A stretch of DNA of 64,000 nucleotides, from contig CAZIQF010000001.1 in NCBI GenBank assembly GCA_964541525.1, forward strand, positions 90,553 to 154,552. The letters are read 5' to 3'. Made by a program: the position numbers and the translations under genes. Every line of letters starts with the position of its first letter. Within the stretch, counting starts at the first letter, position 1. A model generated the notes under the pieces. The model was not told the DNA's origin. It saw nothing but the letters and a program-made list of their open reading frames with translations, and did no database searches. Below, piece by piece: positions 51,091 through 61,839 of this stretch. Source of the DNA: an uncultured Staphylococcaceae bacterium. GTDB taxonomy: Bacteria > Bacillota_I > Bacilli_A > ML615J-28 > CAG-313.

Positions 51091-51708
51091 ATGCAAGATC
51101 CCTATCAAGTTTTAGGCGTCAGCCCTAATGCAACCGATGATGAAGTAAAAGAAGCATACCGCAAACTTGCAAAAAAATATCATCCCGATTTAAATCAAGA
51201 TAAAGTTTACGCTGAAAAGATGATGAAAGAAATCAATTTTGCCTATGATACAATTAAAAAGATTCGCGAAGGAAATCCTAGTACTAATAACGATCAAGGA
51301 TATAACAATAATTATAATTATTATGATGGTTATAATCGTAATGGCTATAATCAAGTTGAACAATTAATTAGAAATCGTGATTTTTATACTGCAAGAGTAA
51401 TTTTAAATTCAATGAATAATAATGAAGCAAAATGGTATTATTATAGTTCGCTTGCTAATTATGGATTAAACGATTTCGTTACTGCGAAACAACATATTAA
51501 TATTGCCTGTAATTTAGATCCAAGTAATGCTGAATATCAAAGAATCAAAATTTTAATTAATAATCAAAGGAGTGCGGGCTTTAGTGGGGTTAGATATACT
51601 ACTACTGCTCACCCATTTCGTTTGTTTGATTTCATCTTCAAACTAATGATTTTTTCTGCAGTGATTAGATTTATCTTTTCAATTTTCATTTCATGTTTTG
51701 CGAGGTAA
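51091..51708 (+). CDS. J-domain protein with TPR-like region and C-terminal hydrophobic tail
   Basis: '[31 protein letters not shown]' (HPD motif). Confidence 0.7.
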   Translation: MQDPYQVLGVSPNATDDEVKEAYRKLAKKYHPDLNQDKVYAEKMMKEINFAYDTIKKIREGNPSTNNDQGYNNNYNYYDGYNRNGYNQVEQLIRNRDFYTARVILNSMNNNEAKWYYYSSLANYGLNDFVTAKQHINIACNLDPSNAEYQRIKILINNQRSAGFSGVRYTTTAHPFRLFDFIFKLMIFSAVIRFIFSIFISCFAR

Positions 51709-51722
51709 GAAAGGTAGGATTT

Positions 51723-52127
51723 ATGAGTAAATTTAAAAGTTTTATACAAAAATTTTTCTATGGAAGATGTGGTAATGATTCACTAAATCGTTTTATTTTC
51801 TTTCTTTATTTTTTATCTTTTATTCTATTTTTATTTTTTCAACATTATAGTGTTCTAATTGTTAATACCATTTTATTAATAATTTTTATTTTCAGATTTA
51901 TGTCAAGAAATATCTATAAAAGAAATCATGAAAATCAAGTATTTATTAACATCGTTAATAAAATTAAACGACCATTTCTTCGCTTTTTTCATAAAATTAG
52001 AGATCGTAAGACCCATGTTTATCGAAAATGTCCTAATTGTAAAAAAGTATTAAGATTAAGAAAAGTAAAAGGCGAACATGGTGTCAAATGTCCAATTTGT
52101 AATAACCACTTTAAAATCAATATATAA
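51723..52127 (+). CDS. membrane protein with C-terminal zinc ribbon
   Basis: ATG at 51723 with AAAGGTAGGA RBS. 2 TM segments. 'CPNCKK...CPICNN'. Confidence 0.45.
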   Translation: MSKFKSFIQKFFYGRCGNDSLNRFIFFLYFLSFILFLFFQHYSVLIVNTILLIIFIFRFMSRNIYKRNHENQVFINIVNKIKRPFLRFFHKIRDRKTHVYRKCPNCKKVLRLRKVKGEHGVKCPICNNHFKINI

Positions 52128-52158
52128 AAATGTTATGACTCAAATCATAACATTTTTT

Positions 52159-53700
52159 TTAAAAGAATGGAGCAAACAAATTAATGATTCGCACAAAAAC
52201 TCTTGTAAAAAAGTTTTGTTTAGCAGATTCAATTGTTAAAAGCATTGATTCATCTATCGTCTTCAGAAAATCTTCCTTCATCGCCAATAATACTGATGTT
52301 TTATACATCCATACAGCATTTTCATAGTGATGAATTAAACTACGATAATCAAAATTAATAGTTCCACAAATTGCATAACAATCATCAGAGATAAAGTTTT
52401 TCGCATGAATAAACCCTTTAGTAAATTCATAAATCTTAACTCCTGACTTAATTAGTGGTGTATAAGCATTTTTACCCATGACATAAACATATTTTTTATC
52501 AGGGATGTGTGGTAAGATTAATCGAACATCAACTCCACGCTTAGCTGCATTCATTAAAGCATTGGTTAATTCTCGATCTATAATTAAATATGGTGTTGTA
52601 ATATAAACATAATTAGTTGCTTGATTGATTAGATTTAAATACATATTTTTCGCAATGTTCGGTGCATATAATGGTCTTGGACCCGTACCAAAAGCTAAAT
52701 AGTAACCATCATCAACATCTAATTTCTCACTATTTAAGTATTTTGACCATAAGGATACTTTACCACAATTTAAGTCCCAGTCATAAAGGAAAATTTTTGT
52801 TAATTCTTTAACTCCTTTTCCTCTAATTTCAATTGCACTATCTTTCCAATAACCATGAATAACTTTTTCATTAATATATTCATCAGCTAGATTAATTCCA
52901 CCAGTATAAGCAACTTCACCATCGATAATTGTGATTTTGCGATGATTACGATTGTTGTGGGATGAATTAGCTTTATGAGTATATTTAGCAAAACATTTCG
53001 CATTAATTCCTAACTTACATAACTTTTTATAGTAATTACCAGAAACATTGAATAAACTACCAATGTCATCATACATAAATCGAACTTCAACACCTTCTCT
53101 TACTTTTTCAACTAAAATATCTAAAATACTATCCCACATTTTACCTTCACAAATAATAAAATATTCCATAAAAATAAACTGTTTAGCTTCTTTTAAACTA
53201 CTTAGCAAACTAGCATAAAATAGTTCACCAGTTGGGAAATATTTTCCTGATGTATTTTTATATAAAGTTGCAATTGATTCCTTAGATAGGGCCAAAGCAT
53301 TTTGATATGCTCTTTGATCAAGTATCTTTAATTCATTTAACGTGCTATCATCGACATCAAATAATTTTCCATAATCACATTCTAAATTTTTTAAAAACTT
53401 TTTTTCATGTCTAGTAATTAATCTACCACCAAAAATAGCATATAATAACGCACCAAATGGTTGGATTAATAAAATAATAACTACCCAAGGAAGTTTTCCT
53501 TCAACACTCATATCAGTGTTAATTACATAAATCAAAGTTAAAAAACTAATGATATAAGAAAGTACTCTAACGGGAGTAAGCCATTCAATTAAATATTTTT
53601 CTGTACCAAAGATTATAACTAGTTCTAAAATTATTAAAATCGAACAAATAAAATATCTCGAACAAATTATTTTCCAAGCTTGCCTAAAAAATTTACGCAT
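52159..53700 (-). CDS. cls: cardiolipin synthase (PLD superfamily)
   Basis: N-terminal TM segments. Two HKD motifs ('HRKITIIDG', 'HAKNFISDD'). Confidence 0.85.
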   Translation of the reverse strand: MRKFFRQAWKIICSRYFICSILIILELVIIFGTEKYLIEWLTPVRVLSYIISFLTLIYVINTDMSVEGKLPWVVIILLIQPFGALLYAIFGGRLITRHEKKFLKNLECDYGKLFDVDDSTLNELKILDQRAYQNALALSKESIATLYKNTSGKYFPTGELFYASLLSSLKEAKQFIFMEYFIICEGKMWDSILDILVEKVREGVEVRFMYDDIGSLFNVSGNYYKKLCKLGINAKCFAKYTHKANSSHNNRNHRKITIIDGEVAYTGGINLADEYINEKVIHGYWKDSAIEIRGKGVKELTKIFLYDWDLNCGKVSLWSKYLNSEKLDVDDGYYLAFGTGPRPLYAPNIAKNMYLNLINQATNYVYITTPYLIIDRELTNALMNAAKRGVDVRLILPHIPDKKYVYVMGKNAYTPLIKSGVKIYEFTKGFIHAKNFISDDCYAICGTINFDYRSLIHHYENAVWMYKTSVLLAMKEDFLKTIDESMLLTIESAKQNFFTRVFVRIINLFAPFF

Positions 53701-53806
53701 TAATCTTTTCTCCTTTTTGACAAATTATACTCTATCATTATTAAATTTATATTAATTACTATTTAAATAGTTATTTTATTAAATATTATTCCACTTTTAT
53801 TTATGA

Positions 53807-54712
53807 TTAATGTAATTTTTTTAATTTAATCACGAAAAAACCTTCAAAATACGCATTAGGCATCAGACATAATGCACCATTAATGGTTGTTGGTAATAGT
53901 GGTAAATCAAATTCATCACGATTAATTGGTACAACTTCTACCTTAAATTCTTTTAAAATGTGATTTATGACCATTTCATTTTCAATATTTAGGATTGAAC
54001 AAGTTGAATAAATCATTTCCGAACCAGGTTTTAAAATTGTTAATGCTTTTTTCAAAAGACTGATTTGTAATCTTGATGAATTTTCAACTAATTTTAATGA
54101 AATTTGGTTAAAACTATCATCCCTTAAATTAAGCGTTCCACTACCACTACATGGAGCGTCTAATATAATTTGATCAAACCGAAAATAATCATCTAACTTT
54201 TTGGAATCAACAAGCATAAAATTAATCTTAGTAGCTCCTAACTTTGCAACATTACATTGCAATCGCTCCATTCTAATTTTATTAATTTCACAAGCAGTAA
54301 TAAAAGCATTATTATTTGTTAATGCTGCTAGATATGTCGTTTTGCTACCAGGAGCAGCACACATATCTAAAATATCCGTGTTAGGCTTAGGATTAAGCAA
54401 ATATGCCGCTAGTTGACTTGATAAACTTTGTAAATAAATCTTACCACTTTCACATAAAGCCAGAGCTAAAACTTCTTTACTATTAATATGTTTTAGTACT
54501 AAGGAATCAGGCATTCCTTTAACTGTTTCATAGCTTATTTGTAATTTATCTAAAGCATTTATCACTTCTTCAATATTCGACTTTAACGTATTAACTCTAA
54601 TTGTTACAAACCGAGAACCTAAGTAACCAGCTTCAATTTTTTGGTATAACGCCTCACCATATTGTTTGACTAATAAATGTTTTAAAAATTCAGGAATTGC
54701 TTTTTCATTCAT
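53807..54712 (-). CDS. RsmB/RsmF-family rRNA m5C methyltransferase
   Basis: 'DMCAAPGSKT', 'ILDAPCSGSG', 'YSTCS'. Confidence 0.8.
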   Translation of the reverse strand: MNEKAIPEFLKHLLVKQYGEALYQKIEAGYLGSRFVTIRVNTLKSNIEEVINALDKLQISYETVKGMPDSLVLKHINSKEVLALALCESGKIYLQSLSSQLAAYLLNPKPNTDILDMCAAPGSKTTYLAALTNNNAFITACEINKIRMERLQCNVAKLGATKINFMLVDSKKLDDYFRFDQIILDAPCSGSGTLNLRDDSFNQISLKLVENSSRLQISLLKKALTILKPGSEMIYSTCSILNIENEMVINHILKEFKVEVVPINRDEFDLPLLPTTINGALCLMPNAYFEGFFVIKLKKLH

Positions 54713-54865
54713 AGTATCTTCTCTTTCTACAATTAATTATAACAATTTTTTTGAAATTTTGCTAGATGCTAACATTTTATTTTAATATAATATTGTTTTT
54801 TCTTAACTTTAGATGAACTTTTATAGTATAATATTAGTATCAAACTAAATAAATGAGAGGTAAAT

Positions 54866-56056
54866 ATGGAAAGATTAGTAGGGACAATTTCAAGAGGAAT
54901 TAGATGCCCAATTATTAGAGAAAATGATAACTTAGAAAAAATCGTTGTCGATAGTATTATTGCCGCGAGTAAAGCCGAAGGATTTGAGTTTCATGATAAA
55001 GATGTAATCGGTATTACTGAAGCTGTGGTTGCAAGAGCCCAAGGGAACTATGCTACAATTGATGATATTGCTAAAGATATTAAAAATAAATTTGGTGATA
55101 ATCCAGTTGGTGTTGTATTTCCCATTTTAAGTCGAAATCGTTTTTCAATTTGCTTGAAAGGAATTGCCAGAGGTGCGAAAAAAATTATTTTAATGTTAAG
55201 TTATCCTTCTGATGAAGTTGGAAATCATTTACTAAGTTTAGACCAATTAGATGAGAAGAAAATAAATCCTTGGTCAGATGTACTAACATTAAAACAATAT
55301 CGTGAGTTATTTGGATATCAAGTTCATCCATTTACTGGTGTTGATTACGTTAAATATTATCAAGAATTAATTGAAGCAGAAGGTGCTGAAGTTGAAATTG
55401 TTTTTGCTAATGATGTAAGAACTATCCTAAAATATACAAAAAATGTGCTTTGTTGTGATATTCATTCACGCCATCGTTCTAAACGTTTATTAAAAGAAGC
55501 TAATGCTAATTTAGTATATGGTCTAGATGATATCTTAACTGAATCAATCAATGGTAGTGGTTATAATAAAAACTATGGCTTACTAGGAAGTAACAAAGCA
55601 ACAGAAGAAAAAGTTAAGCTATTCCCACGTGATGGTCAACAACTAGTTGAAAAAATTCAAGCAGATATGCTTAAATTAACTGGAAAACATGTAGAAGTAA
55701 TGGTTTATGGTGATGGTGCCTTTAAAGATCCAGTAGGTAAAATTTGGGAACTTGCTGATCCCGTTGTTTCTCCATTCTATACACAAGGCTTAGATGGAGT
55801 TCCAAACGAAGTAAAATTAAAATATCTAGCTGATAATGATTTTGCAAATTTATCTGGTGAAGAATTAAAACAAGCAATTAAATCATACATCAAACAAAAG
55901 GATGACAATCTTGTTGGTAAAATGGTATCGCAAGGAACAACTCCAAGACAATTAACTGACTTAATTGGTTCTCTTTGTGATCTAACTAGTGGTAGTGGTG
56001 ATAAAGGAACCCCAATCATTTTAATTCAAGGTTATTTTGATAACTATACAAACTAA
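54866..56056 (+). CDS. CofE-like (F420-0:gamma-glutamyl ligase family) protein
   Basis: N-terminal resemblance to the CofE fold. 396 aa. Assignment is tentative. Confidence 0.4.
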   Translation: MERLVGTISRGIRCPIIRENDNLEKIVVDSIIAASKAEGFEFHDKDVIGITEAVVARAQGNYATIDDIAKDIKNKFGDNPVGVVFPILSRNRFSICLKGIARGAKKIILMLSYPSDEVGNHLLSLDQLDEKKINPWSDVLTLKQYRELFGYQVHPFTGVDYVKYYQELIEAEGAEVEIVFANDVRTILKYTKNVLCCDIHSRHRSKRLLKEANANLVYGLDDILTESINGSGYNKNYGLLGSNKATEEKVKLFPRDGQQLVEKIQADMLKLTGKHVEVMVYGDGAFKDPVGKIWELADPVVSPFYTQGLDGVPNEVKLKYLADNDFANLSGEELKQAIKSYIKQKDDNLVGKMVSQGTTPRQLTDLIGSLCDLTSGSGDKGTPIILIQGYFDNYTN

Positions 56057-56125
56057 AGGGATTAATTCCCTTTTTTTATTTAAAAAGTCTCTATTAAACT
56101 ATTTTCTAGTTAATAGAGACCTTTT

Positions 56126-56572
56126 TTATTGAACTGAAAGACTATATTTTAATTTAAGTTCACAACTTTCACAGGCAAGTACTAATTTTAATTCTTCATA
56201 GAGAGGATCAATTACGAACGAATCAACTTCATTAAAAGTATAAACGATTTTATCATCATTACATAATACTAATTGAGCATTACCCTTTAATATTTGCAAA
56301 TTAACTTCTACAATTACGCTTTGCCCCTTTGGTTTAATCGTATTTAACTTTTGAATTCCATTAGCTTTTTTCACGCTATAAGAATACTGATTATTTACTT
56401 GTGAATTGATACTACCGATTTCTGTTATCTGATATTTACCACTCAAAATATCTTGTTCTGTATAATAACATAAAGCAGTTGAATCCCCATTAGTATCTTC
56501 AATATCTTTAACGCAACTACTAATTAGAGTTGTACTAAAAATAAGTACAATAATTAACCATATTTTTTTCAT
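56126..56572 (-). CDS. hypothetical lipoprotein
   Basis: Lipobox 'LISSC'. 148 aa. Confidence 0.4.
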   Translation of the reverse strand: MKKIWLIIVLIFSTTLISSCVKDIEDTNGDSTALCYYTEQDILSGKYQITEIGSINSQVNNQYSYSVKKANGIQKLNTIKPKGQSVIVEVNLQILKGNAQLVLCNDDKIVYTFNEVDSFVIDPLYEELKLVLACESCELKLKYSLSVQ

Positions 56573-56573
56573 T

Positions 56574-57350
56574 TTATGCCCCCTTCTTCATTGTTTTTGC
56601 AGAAGATGCTGTAACAAATGATCGTGGAAAGAATCTTGTTCCGAAAATAGTTAATCGATTTTTAAAACCAACTACTGCAAGGCGTTTTCCTTTTAATGAT
56701 TTTTGATAACCAAAAGCTGCCACTTTGCCTGCAGTAATAGGTTTAATTTTCTTAAAAGTATAATCATTATGGGCAACTTCAACAAACTTAGACAAAAAAG
56801 GCCCTGGGCATAAAGTTAAAACTTTAACATTAGTTTTTCTAAATTCATATGCAATCGCTTCACCTAATAACAAGACAAAACTTTTACAAGCATGATAAGT
56901 ACACATATAAGGTGCAGGCATAAAAGCTGCGATTGATGCAACGTTAATAATATGACCTTCATTATTTTTTAACATTTGGTCAGAAAATACTTTTGTAAAA
57001 TATAATAATGCATTACAATCCACATTGGTCATCCTGATTTGTAGATCAATATCCATATTTTTAAAATCTTTACGATCACCAAAGCCTGCAGCATTAACTA
57101 AATTATTCACAAAATAGTTTTTTTCAATTGTATGATTGTAAACTTTTTTTAGTTCTTCTACTACTGACAAATCAGCAACAACATAATCAATCATAATCTT
57201 ATTGTAGTTTTGTTTAATCTCATTAACTGTGCTTTCAAGTGCTACTTGATCAATATCAACTAATAATAAATTATTGTCATCTTTTGCATATAATTTTGCA
57301 AACTCTTTTCCAAGCCCATTAGCAGCACCAGTAATTAAAGTAATCTTCAT
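56574..57350 (-). CDS. SDR-family oxidoreductase
   Basis: 'TGAANGLG' and 'YHACK' (YxxxK). Confidence 0.85.
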   Translation of the reverse strand: MKITLITGAANGLGKEFAKLYAKDDNNLLLVDIDQVALESTVNEIKQNYNKIMIDYVVADLSVVEELKKVYNHTIEKNYFVNNLVNAAGFGDRKDFKNMDIDLQIRMTNVDCNALLYFTKVFSDQMLKNNEGHIINVASIAAFMPAPYMCTYHACKSFVLLLGEAIAYEFRKTNVKVLTLCPGPFLSKFVEVAHNDYTFKKIKPITAGKVAAFGYQKSLKGKRLAVVGFKNRLTIFGTRFFPRSFVTASSAKTMKKGA

Positions 57351-57606
57351 TCTTTATTCCTCCATATTGTCAATATTATTCCACTTTATTAAGTATTATA
57401 TGTTATTATTTTACCATATTTTTTTTATTTTACAAAACAAAATACAAAAGAAGACAACTTTCTGCGAATTGTCTTCTTCATCAAATAACTACAAATAAAA
57501 TTTAAACTCGTTAAAATTGCTATAATTACAAACATATCCCCCTATATTTTTGTAAAACACTTTAAACCTTCCATTATTAAAAAATCATTAAAATATATTA
57601 GCTATA

Positions 57607-59289
57607 TCAGCTATACACATCAACATTATCTAAAGCCGGACCATAAGATAGTACAATTTCTTCATTAAGTTTTTGAACCGAACCAACTTGAAAAATCTTT
57701 ATATAAAAAGTTCCATCATATGGTGCTTCAAATAAAATCATTTCAATATTGGAATTTGTTGAACTCGCGAAAGCCAAATTATTACCATTGGTATCCGTGA
57801 TTCTTAAATCATAATTGGTTAATTTCAAACTATCGACTGTACCAGTTGTATATGCAGTCCATGCTATTGATACTTTTATTTTTTCCAAAATCTCTAATTG
57901 AATTGGAAGACGATAGATACAACTACCATTTGTACCAGTTACATGGATAATGGATTTAGCATTGGAATAGTGTTCCTCAAAGTTAACCCAACTAATCATT
58001 CCTGCTCCAACTCCTTCATCAAAACCATTCATATTACATAAAAGGTTATTTTCTGAACTATATTGGGCACTAGATGTAAGTAAGGCTAAAACTTTTTCTG
58101 GATATCCCTTTAAACCTGGATGTTTATCCATCATCAACGCAATAATACCTGATGCAATCGCTGAAGAAAGACTAGTTCCTGTACTGTAAATATTATTCAA
58201 AGGAACAGCAACGGAGGAACCATGTACCACAACTGTTGGTTTTTTAGGGCCTATAGCTTCTAAGTATGCTGAAAACCCGTGTCTAATAATATATTCATTC
58301 GCTGAACCCACACCAACAACATTATAACCAAGACCAGGGTTAGCAACAAAGCGACCATCATTTCCTGTTGAAGCGACCATAATCACCCCATATGCACGGG
58401 CGATATAATCAACATAGGCTGAATCTGAAGCGTATACACCATCTGGGTTTGCTTCACCAAAACTCATATTAATAATATCTACATCGTTATCAAGCATCCA
58501 TTCTATTTCTTCACTAAGCGACCCATAAAGATAAGATGAAAGGATGGTTGCATCAGGTGCAATCCCGTCTTCCGCCGCGATAATTGCTGCCATTTGAGTT
58601 GTGTGATTTTCAATTGTTTGCGTAAAGCCAGTTTGGGAATGAATTAAGCAAGTTGTATTGTCGAATTCCTCATGAGATAAATCGACAAGGCCTGGTTCTA
58701 AGATTCCAACTGTTACGCCTTCACCTGTATATGTCCGATTTTCATAAATACCAGCAGTACCGGCACAAGCTAAACTGATAATTAATTGTTCTTGTTTCTC
58801 ATAACAATACTCTTTTACATATACAGTTTCAATATCCGGATTACTATTTAACTGATTTAAAATAAAATCTTGATATTGATAGAATTTAGCTTTTTCATAA
58901 GTAAATTCTACGTATGGAGAATATTTAGAAATATAAAATGACTTATAATTACTAATCAATATATCTTTTAATTTATCTTCATTCCCATTATAAAAATATT
59001 GTTTAGCACGAGTTCTATAACGATCATCATTTCGTTCTATATTTTCATTAATCTCTTCTAATTCTTCTTCAGTTTTAAATTTTATTTGAATCACAATTTC
59101 ATCAATCGCTTGAGCATTAACACTTTCGGTATCAAGTGATAATTTCTGATAATCATCTGTTGTTTCAAATACAATTTTGCTTGTAGTATCCCCCCGAACT
59201 ACAATAATAGATAAATCAAAGGATATAATTGAAAGAATTATAATAATAAAGATTTTCTTCAAAATATATATAAACAAAATGACTCTCAA
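57607..59289 (-). CDS. S8-family (subtilisin-like) serine peptidase
   Basis: N-terminal TM/signal. 'HTTQMAAIIAA' (His) and 'GTSLSSAIASG' (Ser). 560 aa. Confidence 0.8.
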   Translation of the reverse strand: MRVILFIYILKKIFIIIILSIISFDLSIIVVRGDTTSKIVFETTDDYQKLSLDTESVNAQAIDEIVIQIKFKTEEELEEINENIERNDDRYRTRAKQYFYNGNEDKLKDILISNYKSFYISKYSPYVEFTYEKAKFYQYQDFILNQLNSNPDIETVYVKEYCYEKQEQLIISLACAGTAGIYENRTYTGEGVTVGILEPGLVDLSHEEFDNTTCLIHSQTGFTQTIENHTTQMAAIIAAEDGIAPDATILSSYLYGSLSEEIEWMLDNDVDIINMSFGEANPDGVYASDSAYVDYIARAYGVIMVASTGNDGRFVANPGLGYNVVGVGSANEYIIRHGFSAYLEAIGPKKPTVVVHGSSVAVPLNNIYSTGTSLSSAIASGIIALMMDKHPGLKGYPEKVLALLTSSAQYSSENNLLCNMNGFDEGVGAGMISWVNFEEHYSNAKSIIHVTGTNGSCIYRLPIQLEILEKIKVSIAWTAYTTGTVDSLKLTNYDLRITDTNGNNLAFASSTNSNIEMILFEAPYDGTFYIKIFQVGSVQKLNEEIVLSYGPALDNVDVYS

Positions 59290-59400
59290 TCCTTTTATTT
59301 GTAGGTATTTTGTTCATCTCATACTTTAAATATTTCCCATACATAAATATATACACTTTCAATCCTTGATTTTCCACAAAAAATTTGTATTTTTTTTAAA

Positions 59401-60036
59401 TTAATACGAAAAAGTGTAAGTTTTTGCCCCTTGACTATTACCATAAGTGATAGTTAATAATGGATTATTTCCTATTTCATTTGCTGAAATTGCCTTAAGA
59501 ATACCACAACTTGAATTAGAAGCAAAACGAATAATCTTTTCATCAACCTGTAAATACATGGATGAAAGATCATCAGATGCACTTTTCATTATATAAAAAT
59601 AATAATAGTTATTTATTTTTGTTTCATATTTATCATAGCCACAATAAATATATAGTGATGTATTCAGATCTAATTGAATAAAATACATCGGATTAACATC
59701 TGGTTTTTCACAATGACTCTTCATAAATGATAAATATTCTTCGGTCATCACGGCTGTATCATCTTTGACATGAAAATGTTTATCAACATAAATCGTTTCA
59801 ACATTTTTATTAAAAGTATCATTTGTAATCGTTATAAGTGTAAATGATGTGACAACTAAGATAATTATAAAAATTGATGTTAAAAAAGCGTATTTATAAT
59901 TAAAAAATTTGTTTACCTTTCTTGAAGAACGATTATCAAAAAAGTCAGTTTGCTTAATTATATCTTCAGCAGTTACACGACATTGATATTTTGATTTCAT
60001 TGCTTCAATTAATTGTTTTTCTTTATCAGCTTTCAT
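59401..60036 (-). CDS. putative single-pass anti-sigma factor
   Basis: Overlaps the sigma gene by 4 nt. Short cytoplasmic N-terminus, one TM, then ~135-aa extracytoplasmic domain. Confidence 0.45.
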   Translation of the reverse strand: MKADKEKQLIEAMKSKYQCRVTAEDIIKQTDFFDNRSSRKVNKFFNYKYAFLTSIFIIILVVTSFTLITITNDTFNKNVETIYVDKHFHVKDDTAVMTEEYLSFMKSHCEKPDVNPMYFIQLDLNTSLYIYCGYDKYETKINNYYYFYIMKSASDDLSSMYLQVDEKIIRFASNSSCGILKAISANEIGNNPLLTITYGNSQGAKTYTFSY

Positions 60037-60584
60037 TCTTGTTGATCCTTTCCTTGCAAGTATTCTTTAACAGTTTGTTCTGCTTCATTATACATTCTAC
60101 GTGCTGTTTCTGGATTTAAATTTAACATAATTGCGATATCTTTGAACGTCATTTTAAATCCAATTCGATTAACATAAATAGAATATTTGACATCCCCTAA
60201 TAGCTTTTCGATATCTTCTAACATTAAATAAATTTCCGTATTATTAAATACGATTGTTTGGTCTATACTTTCTTCTGAAAGTGTACACTTGTTCATTCTA
60301 TTGTGTTTAATTTTAATAAAATTTAATATGTAATTTCTTGATAATGATATGAACCAAGTATAAAATGATGATTCTTTTTCATTATACATATTGATTTTCT
60401 GAAGTAATCTTAAAAATATTTCTTGTGTACAATCATTTGCATCATCATAATTCTTTAAATAATGATAACAAAAATAATATATTACATCTTTGTACTCTGA
60501 AAAGATTATATTGAATGCTTCTTTGTCTCCTTCTTTTAATTCTCTGATTATTGATTTGTTTAATTTATGCATAACTTCCCTCAT
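60033..60584 (-). CDS. ECF-type sigma-70 family RNA polymerase sigma factor
   Basis: Region 2 'YTWFISLSRNYILNFIK'. Region 4 'FKDIAIMLNLNPETARRMY'. Confidence 0.8.
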   Translation of the reverse strand: MREVMHKLNKSIIRELKEGDKEAFNIIFSEYKDVIYYFCYHYLKNYDDANDCTQEIFLRLLQKINMYNEKESSFYTWFISLSRNYILNFIKIKHNRMNKCTLSEESIDQTIVFNNTEIYLMLEDIEKLLGDVKYSIYVNRIGFKMTFKDIAIMLNLNPETARRMYNEAEQTVKEYLQGKDQQE

Positions 60585-60625
60585 AACATGAAAATTTTTT
60601 TGTATATCCTGATTTATCTATTAAT

Positions 60626-60658
60626 AGTATTTTATCAAATTTTGATAAATCTTTCAAG
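60626..60658 (-). promoter_or_regulatory. putative promoter with embedded 17-bp perfect palindrome TTATCAAATTTTGATAA
   Basis: Minus strand TTGAAA-17 nt-TAAAAT. The palindrome at 60632..60648 fills the spacer. Confidence 0.35.
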
Positions 60659-60675
60659 AATATGGTTGTTTAAAT

Positions 60676-60705
60676 TAAAAAATTCGGTATCCCGAATTTT
60701 TATTA
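60676..60705. terminator. bidirectional intrinsic terminator
   Basis: AAAAAATTCGG-tatc-CCGAATTTTTATT. Confidence 0.5.
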
Positions 60706-60707
60706 CT

Positions 60708-61739
60708 TTATTCATTTACATAAAAAGCCATTGGATAAGTTAAGTAGTTGATTTCATCTAATTGATCGATAGAAATGTAGCCTGTTTCAGCTTTTAATAG
60801 TGATGGAATTCGATTGACAATTGTTGCACACGTGTGAGCAACAGTGTCTGGTTTTACTACTTTGAAGATCGTATTTGGTTCGCCTGTGATTTCCCAGTCA
60901 CACATATCTCCTTCTCCTTCTGCATAAACCTTACCAATAGTTTGTTCTTCAATAATAATACCTTGATGTGTATGAATTGTTACAACTGCGGACATTCCGA
61001 TACATTTTCCCTTTTCAATTGTTTTGTTTAGGGTATGACTATATGTGTCTTCTGTTGCAAGATATGGGACATTTTCTTGAGTTAATGATTTAATGGTCAA
61101 TCCCAATTTGTTTGCTAGTGCCTCACTTGCATTCCATGCATATGATGCTTGAACAACTTCGGGATGGGCAATTTTAGCTTCAAATTCTTCTTCGGTTAAA
61201 TCTACACCATGCGCTTCGGCCAAAGCGATCCCATATTCATCTACATTATAGCTATATGCACCCTTAATTTGGGTAATATTATGACAGCCACCACAAATCA
61301 TTGATACCATATTAATCCAAAAGATATCTTGCATTCCACTACCAGTAATTGTACATCCTGTTTCTTTTGCAAGTAAATCTAATTTATTCGTAAGATGAGC
61401 TGATGTTTGGTAGGGAAAAATCGCTTCTTCACATGTTGTAATCACATTTATGCCTCTTTCTACACATTTTTCGATATGGTCATAAACATCAGAAATATAA
61501 CTAAATAAAGTTACAACTGCTACATCAGCTGCACACTCATCTAATACTTGATCAGCATTACTACTAATCTTTACTCCCAATTTTACCCCTAGTTCTGCAA
61601 AATCACCGACATCCATACCGATAATTTCCGGATTAATATCGATTGCTCCAACGATTTCCGCTCCTTTTTCATATAAATAACGAATAATATATTTCGCCAT
61701 TTTTCCGCATCCATATTGGACTACTTTAATTTTTCTCAT
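60708..61739 (-). CDS. DapB-fold NAD(P)-dependent oxidoreductase (2,4-diaminopentanoate dehydrogenase-like)
   Basis: '[15 protein letters not shown]' Rossmann N-terminus. 343 aa. Confidence 0.5.
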   Translation of the reverse strand: MRKIKVVQYGCGKMAKYIIRYLYEKGAEIVGAIDINPEIIGMDVGDFAELGVKLGVKISSNADQVLDECAADVAVVTLFSYISDVYDHIEKCVERGINVITTCEEAIFPYQTSAHLTNKLDLLAKETGCTITGSGMQDIFWINMVSMICGGCHNITQIKGAYSYNVDEYGIALAEAHGVDLTEEEFEAKIAHPEVVQASYAWNASEALANKLGLTIKSLTQENVPYLATEDTYSHTLNKTIEKGKCIGMSAVVTIHTHQGIIIEEQTIGKVYAEGEGDMCDWEITGEPNTIFKVVKPDTVAHTCATIVNRIPSLLKAETGYISIDQLDEINYLTYPMAFYVNE

Positions 61740-61839
61740 ATTTTTTCCTCCCTGTTTTACAAATATATTTTATACAATATTAGGTAATTTTATACGTATA
61801 TAATTTTTTTACTGGTAAATAATATAATTGGTGATATTT

